A stretch of DNA of 59,782 bases, the filler included, from Sphacelaria rigidula (Eukaryota): NCBI GenBank assembly GCA_964200075.2. It is 7 parts of 7 records of this genome, joined end to end, with 100 filler letters (N's around TTAATTAATTAA, not from the genome) between each part and the next. Parts side by side here need not be neighbours in the genome. Positions count along the whole stretch, not along the records: positions 51,330 to 59,782 come from CAXNAA020011084.1; 6 more parts are not named here. One strand, 5' to 3'. The notes beneath the pieces were generated by a model. It was not told where the DNA came from, did not search any database, and worked only from the letters and a program-made list of their open reading frames with translations. The translations under genes and the position numbers were made by a program. Shown here in pieces: positions 51,330 to 59,782 of this stretch. Numbering within the stretch: the first letter of the stretch is position 1; every line of letters starts with the position of its first letter.

Positions 51330-52779
51330 GAGATTGTTCGGCCCCAAGCCTACTGATTATCTTGCATTTGGATGACAGCCTACAATGAGTTTCTTCGTTT
51401 TTTGATATCGCCACTTCCACAGACAGCCACGGCTTATGTATTGCCTCGTGAGGAGGGGCAAGGGTGGAGGGGTTTAGCACATCAATCATCACTACGCAAC
51501 GTCCGCAAGTCGACTGCCTGAGGCAAGGCAAACTGCTCGTATTTTCTTCGTCGCCCCTTTTACTTCTCCCACCTTGCGCTCGTAGCTTCCTGCAACCATT
51601 GTATTTGCGATCGTTTTCAGCTTTGAAACATGTCTTCATCTATCCTGTGGCCGCGGTCGGATTCGTACCGGACTAGTTCACGTGAAGCAATCAACTACAC
51701 AATCGATGAACCATCATCTGCTCTCACTGATGGGCGGGACAGCCATCTCGAATCCGAGCGCGTGCTTCCACCTTCGCCAAAACAAGGAATACATAGAAAA
51801 TGTATGCTCCCCCCCTCAACCCGCCTTCACCGAACGACCGGTGGCCTAAACAAGGAGGCTTCGTAGCGCTGGCAAGCAACACCGCTCTCGGGGACTGTCG
51901 GCAGCTCACACAAGTTGTGCAAACGAGCGACCTTACTGTAATGCATGAGGTGTTCGGGAAAATAGCATCGCCACAGCCGCATTCTCGACACCGAGCTCTC
52001 CGGCGAGCGTGTAAAAACAGTGATGGTACGGTAACGATTTATTTATTCTTCTGTAGTTGCTTTGACCTGATCGTCGCACATGAAACTCACTGACCAACCA
52101 CACAGCGTGAACGTACTCAAGAAAGAAACGCGAACAAAAACTAGGAAAAAAAAAGCGAAAAAATACTGGCTGAAAATAAGGAAACTCGAGACATGTATGT
52201 ATATATGTATGTATGTATGTATGTGTGTGTACAGATGGATATGAAGTATGCACTGCGAAAAATTAAACTAACCCATCGAAATACTCCATCATCGTCGTCA
52301 CTGTCAGCAGCCTTACCGGACAGTATCCGTTGTTTGAGGAGAGCGGCACCCGTCAAGGTAAGCTTAGCTAGCGGCACAGTCGGCTCTGCTTTCCGGTACA
52401 AGTCTTGTGCCTTGGTCACGGAAACCCTGTTCACGAGGGTGTTGGAAGGAGATGTGTGCCGACGGATAGCAAAAGGAAGGAGAAGGAGCGACAAACATCG
52501 CGGCAACAAAAAAAGCGCAGCACAGGCACAACAACATCAACAACATCAACAACACATGCGTACTATCAGTGAGCATAAATAGGGCTATGACCAAGGGCGG
52601 CATGATGCCATCACATAAACGAACGTGATGCTTTTGCCCGATAGCGCTGATGGCGGTGACAATTGTGATGTCGTACATGTACTGTACCCCCCGGCGCCCC
52701 CGTGGTGCATGAATGGGCACGACTAAAAACGTGCACACCCTGGACAAAATATGGTCAAAAGAAGCAATAGACGAAAAGT

Positions 52780-52857
52780 GTACTGCATAAAGTATAGGCC
52801 TATTGTAACTATTGTCGGCTGACAATAGTCGCAATAGGCCTATACTTTATGCAGTAC
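52780..52857. repeat. Near-perfect hairpin
   Basis: 26-bp perfect stem (GTACTGCATAAAGTATAGGCCTATTG with its reverse complement at 52832-52857), then a 9-bp stem and a 4-nt loop; weaker complementarity extends to ~52725/52915. Confidence 0.9.
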
Positions 52858-55800
52858 GTTTCTTGTATATTGCAACTGTTGACCTTATATATTGTTCGAG
52901 GTGTGAAAACGTGTCAAAAGTCGGAAAATTGCACGCCCTGGATGATGACTAATAGATTATTACATTGTCAACAAAAATGTGTGATGTGCACAGTATGGAA
53001 TATGTTGTCTTGTCCACTATTTACAATAGACAGACAACGAGTCGATAATATACGCAGTACACTCTTTGACAACGTAATCTACGGTCATTATCCAGCGTGT
53101 GCAAGATTTTGAGGATTCGAATCCGCAGTAGATTGATCCCTTTTGAATTTATTTACGGTACGTGTGTGATCTTCTGTGGTTGAAAACACGAGAGAGTGAG
53201 TAGCCAAATGAGGTTTGTTTGACGATAGTCGACGCGGCTCGGGGGGGGCACTGATCCAATCCTGCGATACATCTGAATGGCAAGGCGTGTACCGGGGGAG
53301 AGGTGGGGCTGGGCTGATGCCCTTGAGTCCACGGACTCGTCGTCTTGAGGAACGGGTAGGGGGTGAGGAAAAGTGTGACGAAAAAACAAAACAAAACAAC
53401 AGAATAACAGAGAAGCTTCTGCTGGCGTCTAGCGCACTGCCCTCGCGTTGTTAGCTGTTTCTTCTTGTGTCTGTCACTACTGTACTGTTCTACAGTATCA
53501 TGATATTCCCTTCGGTCCATCCGAGGATTACCCATAGCTTTACCAGTGCTGCATTGATCAAATAGGCACTTATCCCCAACCAACCACCCCTCGGTAGACA
53601 CCGAACTTCTCGATAGCTTCCGAGCAGATTCATACGCTGCTAGGATTGCTGAGTCGACCAAGACCAGAGCCAAAGATCGTCATCACTAGTATTGGCGCCT
53701 CCCCCCCCCCCCTACAAAACGAGCGAGGCAATATATATATATATATATATGTGCACCCTGATGCACCGTCAAATCGTAACTAGCCTTGGGGTGGGGTCAG
53801 AGTTAGGGGCTAGCGTTATTGCCCCTACACGAAGATACTATAGCCTTGCTGTGAGTAAAAATATCGGCTGTGTGATGCAAGTTGCCCTGTGTGCTGCTGC
53901 ACTGTCCAGTACAGTACTGTTGTGAGCAGAGCCCCACAAAAAGCAAAATCAGAGACCCTGCTAGGTGACCACGAACGAAGTGGTCATGCGGCAGTGGCCA
54001 GTCACTCGTTGTGTTTTGCCATTATTCAAGGGTACACACAATCTTTGAGGGCGCATTAGGCTGCACATATCACTTTTGCCGTGACCGAGGAGCACAGGCT
54101 GATGTCAGAAAAATATATATTTTAATACGCCGACAGGAACGTGTCCGGCCGAACTTGTCGAAAATGAACTTCGACTCAAGTCCGGTTCTTACAACATGTG
54201 GCCCCTATATAATACCAAGGTGCATCATCACTTGTCGGCCAGCACGACCATCCCTGCGGCGATAAGTCGTACACCGACGGTCTGGTGCACAGTTTAAACG
54301 AGACAGCTGCCGAGGGCATTGGCTGCTGATGTGCATTTGCCCGCGGGAGCGTCAGGGTTTCGGAAGATGTGCCGGATACGACATCTGGCTTCAAGTGGTG
54401 TGGGTCCCATACTTCACCGCTTCCTGCCTGAAGGAGCAGGGTGCTTTGAGTGATCAAACCTATGTTGCCGCACAGAGTTGCGAGTGCCGGAGCGAAACTC
54501 TGCGCGCAGGAAATAAATGCGTACTCTTAAATCCCTTTCAGAACCTACTGACGACTTTTGTCTTTTGTGAATCGACATCATGACATCATGTTGACTTGAA
54601 AATGACTGAAAGTCATACCGATTCACAAAAAACAAAAATCGTCAATGGGTTCTCAAAAGGGTTAACACCACGTCGGCGGCGTTGATTGATTTGATTGGTT
54701 GTCGCACTCGGACTGACCCCCCCGAGGTCCAGCCGTGGTCACATGATCTAGGCGTACTCGAGACGAAACAAACCTGAGTTGTTGTGGGTCACCAATCCCC
54801 GTGTGGGCAAAGTTGGGCGCGGTATCTAAATTCTGGAGCAACATGAATCGCGACCAGAATCCGGAATATGTGCGTATTTCACTCGTGTATTCTCTTCTTT
54901 TTTCTCGATTTTTGGCAGGATATCCGACCGCACTGCATCATCACTCGTGGCCGAGTCACCTAATTGGGGGTCGGTGTTGCAAAGGATCCTCTACTGCAAG
55001 GTATAAAGTCTACCCACCCAGATGTTCTAGCACAAGGGTTGCGCTGCCGGTGTCCAACGCCCGCTTTGCGGTGCGCAATCAAAATTGTTCCTCAAACATC
55101 GTCGATCGTGGGACCGCGCCCGAGAGCACTACTTAGACAATTCCGGACGATCGATAATTGTGTACCGTACAGTAATACGGGTACTGTCAAGGGAAAACGA
55201 TAGATCCAGGTATGCATGCCTGGGCATTTCTCGGACACGAACAGGTACTGTACAGGCAATACCGCAATACAAACGCGTGAATTTACGGGTATGTGATTGG
55301 CCGAAACCACCCCATACACCTGATCTTGCGAGGACTACCACAGGTGTACCTGAATCTGTCGTCTTTTCTGCGAACCCTATACCTCGAGGTCCTGCTGTAC
55401 CCTGAACCCGGCGGAAATTGTCGTGCTTATGGCGGATTACAAGGAGCTGGAATGTCACATTTCCTCTCCTTCAACAGTGGCAAGCAAACAACCATGACCG
55501 TCGTGTAATTTCGAGCTCCTCTCACAACGTACACTCATCCACAAAAATGCATTCCGATCTCCGGACAAATTCCGATTCTTGAATGCGGAAACTCGGGGTA
55601 ATTAATTTGTCCGCCATAGGCACCCCACTCTCCCATCTCCGAACTAATTCCGACTCTTGCATGCGGAGGCTCGGCAACTGAGTTTATCCGCCACGGACAA
55701 TCCATGCAGGGACGAACAAGTAGCTCTTTGACCGCGGGGGGTAGGTCATCTGTTGAATCGGAACCATTTCCACTTGAAAAAAGGAGTCCATGAACCAGAT

Positions 55801-57047
55801 GACCTGCCCTCGCCGTCAAACGGTCAACAGAACTGGGCGCAACGGGTGCCAACAAGAAAGGGTCGTGCGCGCCAAAAAGCCTTGAAATGGGTTTTGCATG
55901 CAAACAAAGTCCCTAAAATCCATCGATGGTGAGAAGCAAACTCGTGTGAAACAGCACTGCTAGTCTCGTCGATGGTGAGTGCCCGTACAACTTCGTACGA
56001 TGTGCGTTCGTACGTACAGACAAAACGGGACAGCACTGTAGTACAACGCGGCATAATAGACAGCATGGCACGCACACTGGACACTAGATCCTGTATGCGC
56101 ACGATATGGAAAAAATCGAAGAACCACTGCTGTTCCCTGCAGACACCATATTTTCCACATGTCCAGTTGGAATCTTTGTTCAGAGGCCATGTCTCGAAAC
56201 ATCGCAGCCAAGCGATTCGGAAAAAAGTGTTGTGACATCTGTTGGGCCATCCGCTCCCGCCATCCCCTTCGTGTTACGCTGGGTCATTGTAGTCATTGGC
56301 CGGAGTCTAACGGGAGGCGATCTGGATCTGCAAAAAGTGACGGTTCATCACTCGGGTGACTTGCGTAAAATGGGAAGTTTCGAGATTACCGGGACCAACC
56401 TTATGGGATTTTGGTATATATGACTGTGACATCGTTGCCGGTGTCGAAAGCATCATCGGTGGAAAAGACGGTTACACTCGAAAAAAAGGTCCAATGGTCT
56501 CAAAAATGGCCCCAAGACTGTGCCTTATGTGTGTGTGTGTGTCATGAAGCCCTGTTCGAAAGCACGACAGCACTCTGGCCAAAACCAGTTTGGCTGGAAC
56601 AGCCTTCTCCCTATCTACCCGTTGGCACTTGAAGCTCTGTTCGTTTCCCGGTGTAGCATGAGTTACGGCCAGAAACGATAGGCACTGGAAATAAAATAAC
56701 GTCGTACAGAGTGGACAATAACGGGCGTACACGTGACACGTTTCACGTTTTTTGTTCAGAACCCAACAACCGCGGTGCTGTTATGAGGGAGACTAGCTTG
56801 TTTGAACGAGCGACCATAACGTTGGTAGTAGGTAGCTTGCGCAAGCGGCGCTCCCGGTTTCCCCCCTTGCTGTACACGGAAATACGAGTTGTGCATACAC
56901 ATGACACAGCGATGCCCGTATAAGGTCTCAAGGCTGTGACCCTCTAAAAAATACAATTTACACAGTGAATAGCCCGAGGCCGAGGCCTAGAAAAACAGAA
57001 ACAGAATACCTGGCCTAGTTTTTGGCGGTTATCTCAAGCTCAGATCA

Positions 57048-59057
57048 GGGCGTGTCTTATGGCGTGTCTCAGCATTCTTCCTTTCGATCAAAAAATGGGG
57101 CGGTGGAATCGATTTGAGCGAAATTTTATCGTTTTGATGCAGTTGAGTCCAGTTGGATTTTCAAGCTTTATATCGAAAAAAGACAGTGACATTCGTGAAA
57201 CGGTACATGGCCACTCGTGTACCGTACAGACAGTCTATCCTGTTTGCACTGCTTGCAAGCAGTGTCTTGAGTGCGTGTGTGCGTGTTTCCTACAGGAGGA
57301 TATAAAAGAGAAGCCGGCAACGTGCAGTACAGACAGCCCAGGACTATCAGTTGTCTCTGCTTACAATGCGACGTGAAAAGGGCTTCAGCAACTTGCAGCT
57401 TTGTACTGCCTGCACTGTTTATGAGCGTGCACGCAACTCGGTTGCCCAACGTACCACGCAGTTCCGTCGCTGGTCCCTACCATGACAGAAGATGCGCAAG
57501 TTTTCGTCGACAACAAATAAACGAAGCATACCCAACTACTGTAATGTATCTACCCCTGGGCTTAACTCGTGCTCTATGCTGCAGGGCTGCGGTGGTAGCT
57601 GAGAATGAGTTGGATGGGGTTTGCATGGTCCTGTGAACAGGTGTTATCTGGCGTGGTGGTCTGTAAGATAGGAGTCAAGTGCCGCTTCATGCCTTTAGAC
57701 CGCATGTTTTCGATCGAAAACGATTGTTTTCTACCTCGATGCATTCTTCTCCGCGCGCCACTAATTATAATTGTGGGTTAAAGCCTTCTTGGAACATAAA
57801 GGCGGTGGACCTATCAGATCGGCAAACAAAGTTCGACTGTACTTTTTCGATCGAAAAAAAAGTGCCAAGAGCAACCCTTAGCATATATGTTTTCGATCGA
57901 AAAGGTGAGGTCGATTTTGTTTTTTGATCTGCTAGGTCCACCGCATTTCTGTTCCGAGAAGGCTTCATCTCAAAATCATAATTAGTGGCGCGCGGAGAAG
58001 AAGTAAAAAACAATGAAGCTAAGATTTTCCGATCGAAAACATGCGGTCGAAAGGCATGAAGCGGCACTTGACTCCTATCTTACAGACAGACCACCACGCC
58101 AGATACCACCAGTTCACAGAACCATGCAAGCTCTACGCGACTCACTCTCAGCCACCACCGCAGCCGTGCAGCATAGAGCAAGAGTAAGCACAGGGATAGA
58201 TACACTGCAGTAGTTGGGTATGCTTTGTTTGTTTTTTTGTTGGCGAAAACTTGCGCATCTTCTTTCATGGTAGGGATCAGCGACGGAACTGCGTGGTACG
58301 TTGGGCAACCGGCTTGCGTACACGCTCCTGGGCAGTGCAGGCAGTACAAAGCTGCACGTTGTCCATGTCCTTTTCACGTCACATTGTAAGCAGAGACAAC
58401 TGATAGTCCTGCGCTGTCTGTACTGTACGCTGCCCGCTTCTCTTTCATATCCTACTGTATGAAACACGCACACACACATAGATACACTACATGCAAACAG
58501 TGCAGACAGTACAAACTGTACTGTACACAAGTGACCAAGTACCGCTTCACGAATTTAACTGCCTCTTTTCGATCGAAAGCTTGAACATTCGCCTTGACCC
58601 AAAGCGACGAAAATGAGCAAATTTCGCTCATATCAATTTCACCGCCCCATTTTTTCGATCGACAAAAAAATATGCGAAGGCCGTGTCTTAGGCCAACTCT
58701 TACGGGAGCGTCTAGAATTTTATTTTGCAATAATTTTCAACGGCCTTCTTTTTTTTCTTTGACGTAGTTGCGTATTTTGTGCCCGTTCACCATAATGACA
58801 AAGAAAAAAAAAAAATCCTCTGAAATTGTTGCAAAATAAAATTTCGAATGCTCCCATGAGAGTTGGCCTTAGCACATCAGATTTCGATAAAAAAAATGCG
58901 GTGGAAAACAAAAATCCCGGTCTGATAGGTCTTGATTTCAACCATCTCCCAAAATAACGATGGTTGAAATCACGACCCATCAGATCGGAATTTTTGTTTT
59001 CCACCACACAATTTCGATCGAAAACTAATGTGCCAAGACACGCTCCAAGACACCCCC
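57048..59057. mobile_element. PIF/Harbinger-like non-autonomous element containing an ~1.6-kb palindrome
   Basis: TCA|GGGCGTGTCTTATGGCGTGTCT...AGACACGCTCCAAGACACCCCC|TCA (TIR plus 3-bp TSD). Arms ~57080-57850 and ~57895-58665 are reverse complements (MPLHAFRPHVFDRK appears on both strands). Confidence 0.8.
58691..58868. mobile_element. Tourist-like MITE nested in the larger element
   Basis: TTA|GGCCAACTCT...AGAGTTGGCC|TTA, with extended imperfect TIRs. Confidence 0.85.
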
Positions 59058-59489
59058 TCACCGGAATTTCTAGGGACAGAGAGAAAAAGTAATAATAAAA
59101 CATATCCGGCTCGAGCGGATTACCCCCCCCCCCCCACCCTCCATAAGATTTGGTCAGTCAAATCAACGCACAGATTATTTGGCCAACCGTAACATTTTCC
59201 ATCCAGAACTCCGCATCACACGCCACAAGAGTTGGTCTTTGTTGCGGCCAAAAGTAAACGTTAGAGTGCAACAGCGACGCATTTTCTTTTTTCGTAGTGA
59301 GGGTGGATTGTGAGACGGTATCATACTAGACAAGGCGCCCACGTGACCTTCTGCCGTAACACCACCAGTGGGTGTGCGTGCGAACATGTGTAGCGTTGAG
59401 CTACTGCCTACTGTAGTATACCGCAATGTACTGTGTTGTGCCCTACTGTCCGTACATACGTACATATGCTGTGAAGTATGTTAATCGCT

Positions 59490-59782
59490 GAACCAGGCTC
59501 GCACTCGATCACCAAGCGCGAAGCGCCGTGGTGTGCTCGGCAAGTCGCCTGAAGGGTGAGCTGCATCCTGCTGACATTGTTCGGCCCGAAGCCTACTGCT
59601 TATCTTGCATTCGGATGACAGCCTGCAATGAGTTGCTCTATTTCCTAGTATCGTCACCTCCAGAGACTGCCACGGCTTATACACTGCCTCATGGGTGCCT
59701 GACCATTCAAACACCACGTAGTACGATCATCTCCATTGTGCGGAGTTGAGGTTTTCCCACGCCGCACAACATGATCTAGCTC
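59490..59782 (-). mobile_element. Copy of the high-copy dispersed repeat at contig end
   Basis: Reverse complement matches 37919-38215. Confidence 0.8.

Noticed and set aside
52270-56330. Possible minus-strand exons near 52317-52427, 53160-53272, 54260-54427 and 56100-56327
   Set aside because: Acceptor-like sites exist, but I could not build a phase-consistent chain or recognise a domain, and some frames contain stops.

Overview
Eukaryotic, intron- and repeat-rich DNA; a brown alga or other stramenopile is the most likely source (inferred from kb-sized introns and repeat style, not proven). The window is not one locus. It is seven short contigs (8456, 8456, 8455, 8454, 8454, 8454 and 8453 bp, i.e. 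sorted by size) joined by artificial 100-bp N44-TTAATTAATTAA-N44 linkers, so neighbourhood across linkers means nothing. Genes supported by splice-site and phase-consistent exon chains are: the 3' half of an NRAMP/SLC11 metal transporter (minus, 3 exons), a Cys/Asp-rich protein with 62-aa tandem repeats (plus, 3 exons), and a protein with a Cbl/SHK-like helical (EF-hand-like) region plus an SH2 domain (minus, 3 exons). There is also one long low-complexity exon with a hydrophobic anchor. The rest is mobile or repetitive DNA: a decayed Ty1/copia element whose pol frame runs from integrase into an unrelated tail instead of RT/RNase H, several 0.3-2.2 kb foldback elements and MITEs (Tc1/mariner-, hAT- and PIF/Harbinger-like by TIR/TSD), tRNA-derived Pol III heads, a high-copy dispersed repeat, a LINE endonuclease remnant and ~180-bp tandem repeats. 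No CRISPR array, rRNA or intact tRNA was seen. The most interesting item is the SH2-module gene.
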